Shown here: in pieces, positions 1 to 11,785 of the stretch
Layout: the number at the start of each line of letters is the position of its first letter
Numbering within the stretch: position 1 is the first letter of the stretch
Assembly: GCF_006345805.1 (NCBI RefSeq)
Contig: NC_043017.1
Span: 32,984,001 to 33,048,000 of the forward strand
Source of the DNA: Octopus sinensis
Taxonomy: Eukaryota
DNA: 64,000 nt
Direction of reading: 5' to 3'
Translations under genes and position numbers: made by a program
Notes under the pieces: model-generated
The model's input: the letters and a program-made list of their open reading frames with translations, nothing else
Told to the model about the DNA's origin: nothing
Database searches by the model: none

Positions 1-499
1 TCGAACAAAGCCTTGTGAGTTGATTTGGTAGACGGAAACTGAAAGAAGCCTGTCATGTGTGTGTGTGTACATATATATATATAAACAAATATGAAAAATC
101 AACTAAAATGCATATTGCAAATAGAAAAAGGCTATTTATGACAGGTAACGACAAATATATACATTTAGATTGACTGAGGTAGTCATAAAAGTCATAAAAG
201 TCATTATTATGAGATGATTATTAGATGATAATAAAGTAAGAACAAAACGAACCAATGGCTTACGCGAAGGCTATTCATCGTTTGAACAACACCGGTTAAT
301 ATATATATATAGGGAGAGTTTACGAAAAAACAAAAGACGAAGACAGGTGGTGTACAAAACAAACAGATGTATTAGTATAACGCTCAGGAATAGAAAAAAT
401 CTTTTACGTTCCGAGCCTACGCTCTTCTACAGAAAGAGATACAGAAAAAACAAGGAGAGAAAAAAAAAGTGTGTAGTGGCTAACGATCTATCATAGCGA

Positions 500-546
<47 letters not shown>

Positions 547-783
547 GTATCTGTCAATGCATGTGTGTCTTTATAATTGTGTTTACCTCCTTACCACCAT
601 TTGACAGCTGGTGTTGATGTGTTTACGTCCCCCATAACATAGTGGTTCAGCAAAGAGAGACTGATAGAATAAGCACCAGGCTTATACAAATATAAGTCCT
701 GGGGTCAATACAATCGACTAAAGAAATTCTTCAAGGCAGTGCCCCAGCATGGCTGCAGTCTCATGACTGAAACAGGTAAAAGA
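1..783 (+). mobile_element. SINE family A (tRNA-derived, CORE-like), interrupted; 5' part lies before the window start
   Basis: GATTTGGTAGACGGAAACTGAAAGAAGCC at 21-50 and the diverged 3' half (about 560-783, ending GACTGAAACAGGTAAAAGA) are separated by inserted sequence including a family E element. Confidence 0.75.
308..500 (-). mobile_element. Family E, Penelope-like pLTR-type short repeat with a minimal hammerhead-like motif (401-436)
   Basis: Reverse complement of the copies at 7830, 31570 and 54660; flanked by (TA)n. Confidence 0.7.
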
Positions 784-904
784 TATATTTATATATCAAA
801 TTAAATACACAACCGAAAGAGATACCAATAGTTTCATGCTATTATGATCCTTGAGCAGGCATATTTTTAAAATATGCCTTGTATCTCAAATCAATCTTCC
901 AGGC

Positions 905-1295
905 TCTCTTTACTCTCTTTACTTGTTTCAGTCATTTGACTGCGGCCCTGCTGGAGTACTGCCTTTAGTCGAGCAAATCGACCCCGGGACTTATTCTTTG
1001 TAAGCCCAATACTTATTCTATCGGTCTCTTTTGCCGAACCGCTAAGTTACGGGGACGTAAACACACCAGCATCGGTTGTCAAGCGATGTTGGGGGGGGGA
1101 CAAGCACAGACACATACATATATATACATATATACGACAGGCTTCTTTCAGTTTCCATCTACCAAATCCACTCACAAGGCTTTGGTCGACCCGAGGCTAT
1201 AGTAGAAGACACTTGCCAAGGTGCCACGCAGTGGGACTGAACCCGGAACCTTGTAGTTGGTAAGCAAGCTACTTACCACACAGCCACTCCTGTGC
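905..1295 (-). mobile_element. SINE family A
   Basis: Near full-length match to the 14080-14528 copy: tRNA-like head with A/B-box-like motifs, CCTTGGCAAGTGTC core and (TTTACTC)-type tail. Confidence 0.9.
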
Positions 1296-1626
1296 AATAA
1301 AGAAAAATGTTGTAAATTTACTTTATACACTGCAAGTTAATGACTTCCTTGTGCCTGATGAGATGTCATTTTATTTTAATTGCCATTACTAGTCTTATCA
1401 TGTAAAATACAATTACTACTATAGGTGAAAATTAATATGATAATTATGTTATCTACCGCCTGCTGAAAACCAATGCCCCAATCAACATGCCGAATACCCC
1501 CTTCAGGGCAGTACCACCTATATTGAGAACCAATGGTGCAAATGATCAAATCAATTCAGTTCTTATTTTCGCTTTGGAGCCTGGTACTTTTACCGAACCA
1601 TTAAGTGCCGATAATACAAATAATAA

Positions 1627-1858
1627 GGCGGTGAGCTGGCAGAAAGGTTCGCACGCCGGGTGAAATGTATAGCTGTATTTCGTCTACCGTTACGTTCTGG
1701 GTTCAAATTCCGCCGAGGTCGAATTTGCCTTTCATCCTCTTGGGGTCGATAAATAAAGTACCATTTATGCACTGGGGTCGATGTAATCAACTTAATCCCT
1801 TTGTCTGTCCTTGTTTGTCCTCTCTGTGTTTAGCCCCTTGTGGGTAGTAAAGAAATAG
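1627..1858 (+). mobile_element. SINE family B (tRNA-derived)
   Basis: Head GGCGGTGAGCTGGCAGAA, B-box-like GGTTCAAATTCC, central GCCTTTCATCC..GGGGTCGATAAA block and tail GCCCCTTGTGGGTAGTAAAGAAATA; more than 20 related copies in the window. Confidence 0.9.
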
Positions 1859-2170
1859 ATAATACAAATAATTCATCTCCAGTTGACAAGCAGTGGGAAA
1901 CAAACACACACACATATACACACATGTATTCTCACATCTGTTTGCATATATGTATGTGTATGAAGGGAAGAGTGTGTTTGTGTGTGTATTTGAATGTATA
2001 TGCTATAATTGGAAGGGTGTTAATATTCCCAATCATAAGGTCGTGGCTTCCGTTCCTGAACCAAGTAATGCGATATCTCTTTGAGTACTTCATTTTATCC
2101 AATTACAGTCTGCTCACCCAAGAATTACCCCCGTTAAATTATTATTATTTTTTTTTAAATTAGGAGAGTA

Positions 2171-2570
2171 TACTCTACTCTTACTTGTTTCAGTCATTTG
2201 ACTGTGACCATGCTGGAGCACTGCCTTTAGTCAAGCAAATCAACCCCAGAACTTATTCTTTGTAAGCTTAGTACTTATTCTATCGGTCTCTTTTGCCAAA
2301 CCGCCAAGTTACAGGGATGTAAATACACCAGCATCGGTTGTCAAGCGATGTTGGCTGGGGGACAAACACAGACACACAAACATATGCACACACACATACA
2401 CATACATATATACATATATACGACGGGCTTCTTTCAGTTTCCGTCTACCAAATCCACAAACAAGGCTTTGGTCAGCCCGAGGCTATAGTAGAAGACACTT
2501 GCCACGCAGTGGGACTGAACCCAGAACCATGTGGTTGGTAAGCAAGCTACTTACCATACAGCCACTCATG
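2171..2570 (-). mobile_element. SINE family A
   Basis: Colinear with the other A copies. Confidence 0.9.
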
Positions 2571-3094
2571 TATTCATAGAGCATTATGTAAGGACAAGTA
2601 GAGGGAGGTGAGAGTACATATAGTGGAACAAAGTGATAAAGTTCCACATGGAATGTCATTTGACTTTTGGCATGGGCTCCAAACCAACAGTTTACATAAC
2701 CATGGGCAAAAGCCTCCAGAATGTTCGAATTGCAAATTGAGAGTAAGCTCACTTAACCCACATTTGAAGTTTGCTTCCCTTAGTTGATAAATGCCAACCA
2801 ATATTGATTGGCTGTAAGCGTTTGCGTAGGGGTTCCTGTTCTTTCAAGAGACTGCTCATGTCTTTTATGGTTATATACCGAGGCTGCTGCTTATAGCTGG
2901 AAATTTAAGTGAGGTTGTTCAAATAAAACCTAAGTCTTGCAACAAAGATGATCATAATATTCTTCACATTTGAGTCACTCTGAAATTCTTTATTGCCATG
3001 GCAAAGATAACCAAGTCAAATGTTATGACATTTCATTTCATTTCGTTTTCCAATCAAACATATACATTTGTCTTGTCAATTGATGTAACAATTA

Positions 3095-3250
3095 CCAGAT
3101 ATTCTGTTGTGTTTGGGGAGAGTCATTTTCTTTTTGTGCCTTATAATATAACACACTCACTGGTAAAATTTTCACTTATTTTTTCCTAAAAAATATGCTT
3201 CAACACACAAACTCATATAAAGAATCTTGCAAACCAAATCCCAAAACTTA
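3095..3250. repeat. Unclassified interspersed repeat (family F)
   Basis: Shares GGGGAGAGTCATTTTCTTTTTGTGCCTTATAAT..ACACACTCAC..GTAAAATTT and TGCAAACCAAATCC with 46489-46640. Confidence 0.7.
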
Positions 3251-3701
3251 CCAGATAGTTTTCATCAGAAGTATCTCCCGGTGAACTGTGACTTGGTTCT
3301 ACCTCTTGTTCAGCTGAAGCAATCCAAACTTTGGAGCAGCATGATGTACCATTAAGTTTTCGTTTCAAATCAGGTAGCACAAATTTTCACCTCTAAAAAA
3401 GGTTCTTCCTGAGTTATATTTACTCATAAGGCCGATTTTCTGACATTTGTAGTGTATATATTTGTCCTTGGATGGTACACCAGTCCATCGCAGAAACATT
3501 TATTTTTTTTTTTCCATCTGGATGGATTGAAACAATGTGAGATGAGTTTTGCTCAAGAACACAATGTCGCGTCTGGTTGAGAAATTAAAACCACAGTCTT
3601 ACAACCACAAGCCCAACACCCTTACCTCTAAGCCATATGCACCCAGTCTCCAGAGACTTGCTTCTTTGGCAAATTCCTGCAGAGTCAGATGGTAACTTAG
3701 T

Positions 3702-3926
3702 TACTCCTTTACTCCTTTACTTGTTTCAGTCATTTGACTGCGGCCATGCTGGAGCACCACCTTTAATCGAGCAACTCGACCCCGGGACTTATTCTTTTGT
3801 AAGCCCAGTACTTATTCTATCGGTCTCTTTTGCCGAACCGCTAAGTAACGGGGACATAAACACACCAGCATCGGTTGTCAAGCAATGCTAGGGGGACAAA
3901 CACAGACACACAAACACACACACACA

Positions 3927-3966
<40 letters not shown>

Positions 3967-4680
3967 TTGTATAGAGGGCATTATTACACATAAATGCCTC
4001 ACACTAAGAGGGACAAAGTCATTACTACCAAAATTATACTAATCAAACCCAAATGCAGTTCTTCAAAGCAAGACATTTAAAAAATGAATTTAGTTCTGTA
4101 TCACCGTGATTTCACATTCAACTTACGTCTTATGATCCTCAACAGAACTGATTCTGAACACATCATGATGTGCAGAATCAGTTCTGTTGAGGATCATAAG
4201 ACGTAAGTTGAATGTGAAATCACGGTGATACAGAACTAAATTCATTTTTTAAATGTCTTGCTTTGAAGAACTGCATTGGGTATGATTAGTATAATTTTGG
4301 TAGTAATGACTTTGTCCCTCTTAGTGTGAGGCATTTATGTGTAATAATGCCCTCTATACAATATAGATATAATTAATTTGTTCAAAAGAAAAAAATTATT
4401 TTCGAATTCTTTTCTTTTATGAGGTTTTTCACGCTAACTACCTGATAACTTCTTGTTAAGATTCCTTATTAAGAGGTTATCCTCAATTGTTAAACTTATA
4501 TATATATACATATATACGACGGGCTTCTTTCAGTTTCCGTCTACCAAATCCACTCACAAGGCTTTGGTCGGCCCGAGGCTATAGTAGAAGACACTTACCC
4601 AAGGTGCCACGCAGTGGGACTGAACCCGGAACCATGTGGCTGGTAAACAAGCTACTTACCACACAGCCACTCCTGTGCCT
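3702..4680 (-). mobile_element. SINE family A split by an insertion (3963-4498) in its central (TA)n tract
   Basis: The 3' half (3702-3960) and 5' half (4500-4680) join into a normal A copy when the insert is removed. Confidence 0.85.
3963..4365. repeat. Near-perfect ~400 bp palindrome (foldback)
   Basis: TATATTGTATAGAGGGCATTATTACAC... at the left is the reverse complement of ...GTGTAATAATGCCCTCTATACAATATA at the right; centre CATCATGATG at 4161-4170. Confidence 0.95.
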
Positions 4681-5258
4681 ATAGTTGTTTCACAAAACAC
4701 ACATTTTGTACTGCTGCATGATCTTTGGGAGGAAAACTTAATCTGCATAGTTGTTGTTGCTGTTGTTGTTTAAGTTGAAAGGGTTTGAAACATGGTCAAG
4801 TAACAGGCACCTTTTTTTTTGTCAAGAAATTTTTCCTCAAATTCGACCCAATTATAATTGAGGTTGCTAATAAAATACCTGGATAATTTTTGGTGTTCTT
4901 GTCTCTGTTGGAATCCAAGTCAATTCCCCCCCCCCATATGAATGTTTAATTTGATTATTTCCAATTTTCAAAGAATGGTGTCTAAAGTAGGATAAAGCGA
5001 GTAATAACGCATTTCCATAATTTCTTCTCTTTAACTGCATGGTGCGTAAATATATCAAGAAGACAGCCATTCCAGCAGACCATGAAGAATCTCACCAGAA
5101 TGAATATGCAGACACAGAATCCTAGAATATTCTCAAGTATTGAACCTGGAAAAATACAGAACAAATAGCAACTAAGTCTGGGAAAGTACAAAATAAAAAA
5201 AAAAACGAAAACTTAAAATATTGCTGCAGAAGTTAGTGTCTAAGCATTAAAATCATTA

Positions 5259-5315
5259 TACTCTTTTACTTGTTTCAGTCATTTGACTGTGGCCATGCTG
5301 GAGCAGCGCCTTTAG
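5259..5315 (-). mobile_element. SINE family A tail, cut by the assembly gap
   Basis: TACTCTTTTACTTGTTTCAGTCATTTGACTG runs into the Ns. Confidence 0.8.
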
Positions 5316-5415
5316 NNNNNNNNNNNNNNNNNNNNNNNNNNNNNNNNNNNNNNNNNNNNNNNNNNNNNNNNNNNNNNNNNNNNNNNNNNNNNNNNNNNNN
5401 NNNNNNNNNNNNNNN
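5316..5415. other. Assembly gap (100 N)
   Basis: Run of N. Confidence 1.
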
Positions 5416-6523
5416 ATGGAAGCAAGTGGTATAACATGACGGGTGTAATTAATTTTGTGTATTGGAGACAGCAGAGAACGATGGCATATTTCAGAAATTC
5501 TTGGAGCGTTGCATTTTTTTTACTCAGCCTGTGTATAAGAGATATAATTTTGTGAAGTATATTCCAATTTTAATTAGTTTTAACATGAATTAATTTACAC
5601 AATATTACATTTCATAAATATAGGCAAAAGCTTAACACACAATTCCAAAAGAACTATATAAATACAATGAAATGCACAGCCTGCTACTACTGCTACTACT
5701 ACAACTAGTAATGATCGGAAGATTTATTCAGTAAAATTAATATAAGAATATGTGAAACAACAATGCAAAAAGAAGACAAGGCTCTTGCTTCGTTTCATCA
5801 CGCCACAAATTACTTATTTTCAAGTCTTCCTTGTTTAAATAATAATTTAAAAATTGTTTCCTTACTTCAGGTATTTCGAATTTAATTACACCGCTGTTTT
5901 CCATTAGCTACAATATAGAAAATGAGTTAGCGTCGATTGAAATTTGAAATTATAATTACGTCTCTCTACTCCACTTGCTCAGATATATAAAATTAATTAC
6001 GCTGATTTTCTCTAATTTTATCCATCTTTCGTGCGATTCACTGCCCACTTAACGAGAAATATTACTAGTATAACTTAATTATGAAAATAATTGACTTCCC
6101 AAATAACTATTAACATGCATTTTAAGTCTATATGCACAAAATAATTAAACAGATTTTCTCTCCGATTTAACCACTGCCACTGAGTAGCAACGCTAAACGT
6201 AAAATTATAGGTTTTGTAAGCTGCGTGACTCATTAATATTTAAAATTTTTCTAATTCGAAACGGATTTTGTTCAAAATTTCATCCCTATAAATGCCAGTT
6301 ATGAAATAATTTGTAGACTTACATCTCAATTTAGTTCAGAAATCTTGAAATTATGATGTGTCGTTATTTCTTCGATAGGACATAATTAACAGCAATAAGT
6401 TTTTCATCTAAACCGTCGGGTTGTTTATTTACTCTTGTAGCATCTAATGCTGAAATTGAACCAATATAATGTCCCATTATCAAGACAACAAGTCGTGGCA
6501 AACACGGATAGACTTTCAACATT

Positions 6524-7100
6524 GGTGGCGAGTTGGCAGAAACGTTAGCACGCCGGGCGAAATGCTTCGCGGTATTTCGTCTGCCATTACGTTGTGAGTT
6601 CAAATTCCGCCGAGGTCGACTTTGTCTTTCATCCTTTCGGGGTCGATAAATTAAGTACCAGATACGCACTGGGGTCGATATAATCGACTTAATCCGTTTG
6701 TCTGTCATTGTTTGTCCCCTCTGTGTTTAGCCCCTTGTGGGTAATAAAGAAATAGGTATTTCGTCTGCTGTTACGTTCTGAGTTCAAATTCCGCCGAGAT
6801 CGACTTTGCCTTTCATCCTTTCGGGGTCGATAAATTAAGTACTAATTACGCACTGGGGTCGATGTAATCGACTTAATCCGTTTGTCTGTCCTTGTTTGTC
6901 CTCTCTGTGTTTAGCCCCTTGTGGGTAGTAAAGAAATAGATATTTTAATGGCGGCGAGCTGGTAGAAACTTTAGCACGCCGGGCGAAATCGATAAATTAA
7001 GTACCAGTTACGCTCTAGGGCCGATATAATCGACTTAATACCTATGTCTGTCCTTGTTTGTCCCCTCTATGTTTAGCCCCTGGTGGGTAATAAAGAAATA
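6524..7100 (+). mobile_element. SINE family B cluster (head plus two units, then an internally deleted copy)
   Basis: Heads at about 6524 and 6949; repeated ~180 bp unit. Confidence 0.9.
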
Positions 7101-7323
7101 AGTAATGAGGCTTTCTATAATATTTGCTACCATATGCTGAAACTTGCCCCCACAATTATGGTGACTTTAGTCAGATATTTTCTTTCGGCTGGAATGGTTA
7201 CCATTTTCACATGTTTGCAGTTGAACTTTGTTAACTTGCAGTCAGTATTCACTGTTCCTTGGATTTAAAATTCCTCAAGCTACGCCTTGTTAACAGTTCA
7301 AGGCAACCGAAAATACAGAGCTC

Positions 7324-7816
7324 GGATCTTTACCTTCTGACCTACAGATTTAAAAAATAATTTTTTGTAACTAAACACTTTCAAACTTCGGACACTGGTA
7401 GAATGTGCCATATAAAACATATTTTACTGTTAGTATTTTTGAGAAAAACTTATATTTACGAAGTTATTTCATCTTAAAGTTCTCGTATTTCGGTAATTTC
7501 AACCAATCGATGACGTGTATTCTGCTGAATAAAATTACTGCCGTTGTTTGTCAACAAGAACTTCTGGTGGTGTATATTTCGTATGTCACTGTTATTTATG
7601 ACAACCCTAACCCTAAAATTTTAACCCTAACCAAAAAGTGTCCCAAAAGTAGGTTTACAGTCATTCAACTATCTCTTTCGCATTCATATATTAACATTTC
7701 AGATTTTAATTATAAAAAAAAATCTGAAACCATTATTCTATGTTAATTTAGTTAAATGTAAGAAAGAAATTTAAATGTAATGTTTTAAAAGAAAATTAAA
7801 ATGCCTACGGGATAAC
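7324..7816. mobile_element. Diverged relative of MITE family D
   Basis: Begins GGATCT, colinear with D (AAACTTCG..CTGGTAGAATGTG, TTTCAACCAATC..TGACGT) and contains CCCTAA motifs; no clean right TIR or TSD found. Confidence 0.55.
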
Positions 7817-7829
7817 AGTGAACCTACTT

Positions 7830-8005
7830 TTTAGCCACTATACACATTTTTTTCTCTCCTTGTTTTTTTTCTGTGTCCTTTTCTGTAGAAGAGCGTAGGC
7901 TCGAAACGTAAAAGACTTTTTCTATTCCTCAGCGTTATACTAAAACATCTGTTTGTTTTGTGCACCACCTGTCTTCGTCTTTTATCTTTTTCGTAAACTC
8001 TCCCT
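7830..8005 (+). mobile_element. Family E repeat with a minimal hammerhead-like motif (7879-7914)
   Basis: TTTT-CTGTAGA-A-GAGC gtag GCTC-GAAAC-GTA-AAAG. Confidence 0.75.
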
Positions 8006-8928
8006 ATATATATATATATATCGCTCAAATCTACTTCCTAATGAGAAAGCGCAGCTGAAATGGGCGAGAAAGGTAGTTTGACCGCAGTTATCATTATTCC
8101 ATATATTTTTACTTTTGAAATATATTATTTGGATAATAAGAAAGTTGTAGATCCTCAGCATAATATAAATTAACGAACATTTCTAAGTATATAACAGGTT
8201 TACAGTGTGTATACACCTGACGAATTAAATTTAATATCCACGATCAATTAGACACAAATAGCTTAGAAAATATATTAGTCTTGCAAACTGTAGGCAAATA
8301 TTTGTGGAAGTGAGTTGAATCTTGGATGTGTTTAACTTTAAATTGAACTCCATGCTAGATTTGAACGCGGAACGAAGAGGAAGAAATTTTAAAAGCCTAA
8401 CAGTCAGTGTAATCTTTTCTGTCTTCTTATTAAAATATATTGCACTACTAATTAGTTATAGACATTTCCTCCTGTCTCGTTATTATTAGTTCTAGGGCCA
8501 CTTTAATTGCCTATTCATCAATTACACTGACACTCTTAATGACTAGGAGAATATATGAACAATCTCTAATATCTTTTTCTCCACTTCTAAAACATATGAC
8601 CTATCTGACTTTGCCAAAGAATCGAAAATTGAAGAAATTTCTGTATTTGTTGACATTATTAGTATACTACATATATCAGTTGTAATTTCTTTGTTTAATT
8701 ACATTCAAGGTTTCCTACTAATTCTAATAGAGTAAGTATTCGTATATACGCAATTTTTTCTTTAGGTGTAGCCACGATCGAACTGACGTCTGGTCTGCGA
8801 TTACTATCCGCTTCAGATTTCTTTTTTTTCTCTTTTGAAATAATAAGTCTGAGGTGAGAATGGTGGTACCTGAAGTTACTGTAAGTAGCATGAATGCAAT
8901 CATATATATTCTTTAATGCAATCATGTA

Positions 8929-9697
8929 TATTTCTTTACTGCCCACAAGGGGCTACACATAGAGGGTACAAACAAACACAGACAAACGGATTAAGTCGAT
9001 TATATCGACCCCAGTGCGAAACAAGCACTTTATCGACCCCGAAAGGATGAAAGGCAAAGTCGACCTCGGCGGAATTTGAACTCAGAACGTAACGGCAGTC
9101 GAAATACCTATTTCTTTACTACCCACTGGGGGCTAAACACAGAGGAGACAAACAAGGACAGACAGACAGACGGATTAAGTCGATTACATCGACCCCCAAT
9201 GCGTAACTGGTACTTAATTTATCGACCCCGAAAGGATGAAAGGCAAAGTCAACCTCGGCGGAATTTGAACTCAGAACGTAACTGTTTCTTTAATACTCAC
9301 AAGGGGCTAAACACAGAGGAGGCAAACAAGGACAGACAAACTGATTAAGTCGATTACATCGACCCCAGTGCGTAACTGGTACTTTATTTATCGACCCCGA
9401 AAGGATGAAAGGCAAAGTCGACCTCGGCAGAATTTGAACTCCGAACGTAAAGACAGACGAAATACCTATTTCTTTATTACCCACAAGGGGCTAAACACAG
9501 AGGAGACAAACTAGGACAGACAAACGGATTAAGTCGATTACATCGACCCCAGTGTGAAACTGGTACTTATTTAATCGACCCCGAAAGAATAAAAGGCAAA
9601 GTCGACCTCGGCGGAATTTGAACTCAGAACGTAACGACAGACGAAATACCGCTAAGCATTCTGCCCGGCGTGCTAATGATTCTGCCAGCTCGCTACC
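8929..9697 (-). mobile_element. SINE family B concatemer (head plus four units)
   Basis: Units start near 8931, 9111, 9286 and 9471; whole array flanked by TGAATGCAATCAT at 8891-8903 and 9699-9711. Confidence 0.9.
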
Positions 9698-10154
9698 CTG
9701 AATGCAATCATGTAGCCTGCTAAGATTAACAGCTTTCTCTTTGTCACACTATCGAGGTAATATTTCCCCCCTTTCTTGCAATATGACTATTTCTCTAAGT
9801 TTCCCTTTCAAGAAATCGTAATTATATTTTTGTGATTAAAATGTAGTCCTGCTAGAAAAGTAATTTAAAGAAAATCTCGAATTTTCGAGAAGTACTTGTG
9901 CTGTTGGGAATCCAAAAAGCTTGAACGAGTCAAGCAGAAGCGTTCCATCGAGAAATTTTTGAAAATTGCTTAAGGCAGCAATAAAAGTGCCGAAGGCAGG
10001 AGGATGCAACCACCAAAATTCAGATATAACCAATGTTTTAAAAAGACTGATGTAAATTGTGTAAATGCTACTTAAATGATTTTAATGGTTAGTTTTTCTG
10101 TCAAAGATGGCTGCATTTCTGACTTTCACCACATCGTAATAACTGCAGTTCAAA

Positions 10155-10199
10155 TTGTGAGTGGATTTGGTAGACGAAAACTGAAAAAAGCCCGGCATA

Positions 10200-10250
<51 letters not shown>

Positions 10251-10275
10251 TATAATATATAATATTATATGTGTG

Positions 10276-10308
<33 letters not shown>

Positions 10309-10499
10309 TCTGTGTTTATCCCTCCAACATCGCTTGACAACTGATGCTAGTGTGTTTACGTCCCTGTAACTTAGCGGTTCGGCAAAAGATACTGATAGAA
10401 TAAGTACTAGGATTACAAAGAATAAGTCCTGGGTCGATTTGCTCGACTAAAGGTGGTGCTCCAGCATGGCCACAGCAAATGACTGAAAAGAGTAAAAGC
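10155..10499 (+). mobile_element. SINE family A, 5'-truncated
   Basis: A body and tail with internal (TA)n/(TG)n. Confidence 0.85.
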
Positions 10500-11082
10500 G
10501 TAAATCTCGTTCTATGATTTACTGGCTTTTCAGATAATCTAAAAATATTCGGTCAGAAAGCGTAGCTTCTGCCTCAGCTACCATTTCGTATTACTGTTAT
10601 TTATGGAACTACTGATGTAGTTATTTTCCCCCTTTGCATTGCAGTTTTTCCCTTCTCTCATACGTAGTCTTACGCATGCGTTGAGGTCACCCAGATCTCG
10701 AGCCTTTGGTATTTGTTATCGTCATCCATAATCTATTTCAAAAATGAACAAAATACTATTGACTTTTAAGCTGAAGTAAATATTTCTTCGAAATGGGAAA
10801 AGAAAATTACCGCCATTGTTTAATAATGTAATGTGAAAATTATGCTTGCCTAATTTTTGCGGTGATATTGCCATTGTTTCTTAATAGGCCAAGCTGCTGA
10901 ACGAGCAAAACTCTGTCCTTTTGTCTTAAAGAAAACATTTAAAAACAACCTATTTTTTCTGTTTTGTAGATCAATATATAATGGATGTATGACATTTCAC
11001 GAGAAAGAGGTTTTCTGTGTCTATAAAATATGCTGGATATTCCTCAAATCCAAAAGGTCCTTTAAATGTCACTTCCTTGTAG

Positions 11083-11785
11083 AGCTTGTAGAATTTATTA
11101 ATGTTATAGACTCAACGGATTTTGATTCAATAGATTTAGAAGATTCAAGGAGCAACGAGACTGACTGCACTGTGACAAAGAGCGAAGGGCCCACTGCCAG
11201 GTTACACTGTAGTCAAAAATACGAAAACCATGAGGGAATGGATGGAGTATTGTCGAAAAATCAGGAGGAGGAACTTAATAAGGAACATTGGCGCAGGAAA
11301 AGAAGGATGAACTCGAGAAAAGATACGAGAAAAAGTTTGGGGAAAAGATACAAGGAAAATTTGGGGAAAAGATATGAGGAAAATTTGGGGAAGAGATATG
11401 AGAAAAATTTTGGGAAAAGATATGAAGAAAATTTGGGGAAAAGATATGAGGAAAATTTTGGGAACAGATATGAGGAAAAATTTTGGGAAAAGATATGAGG
11501 AAAATTTGGGGAAAAGATATGAGGAAAATTTGGGGAAAAGATATGAGGAAAAATTTGGGAAAAGATATGAGGAAAATTTGTGGAAAAGATATGAGGAAAA
11601 TTTGGGGAAAAGATATGAGGAAAAATTTGGGGAAAAAATATCAGGAAAATTTGGGGAAAAGATATGAGGAAAAATTTAGGGAAAGATATGAGAAAAAATT
11701 TTGGGAAAAGATAGGAAAATTTGGGGAAAAATATGAGGAAAATTTTCGCAGTGATATAGGAAAGAGGACAAGTGATGTTGACTAA
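11083..11785 (+). CDS. Candidate terminal coding exon of a multi-copy neuropeptide-like precursor (YEENL/F-amide repeats); frameshifted as assembled
   Basis: Acceptor-like CTTCCTTGTAG ending at 11082; acidic spacer (ELVEFINVIDSTDFDSIDLEDS...NQEEELNKE); DELEKR (11306-11323); about 18 24-bp units TAT GAG GAA AAT TTG GGG AAA AGA (Y-E-E-N-L-G-K-R); unique end YEENFRSDI-GKR-TSDVD-stop; AATAAA at 11913-11918. No signal peptide within this exon. Confidence 0.5.
11324..11746. repeat. 24-bp tandem repeat, about 18 units
   Basis: Consensus TATGAGGAAAATTTGGGGAAAAGA; units of 20-25 nt. Confidence 0.95.

Noticed and set aside
8595-8690. Hydrophobic mini-ORF MTYLTLPKNRKLKKFLYLLTLLVYYIYQL as the precursor's signal exon
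   Set aside because: No convincing donor site before the stop; T-rich composition explains the hydrophobicity.
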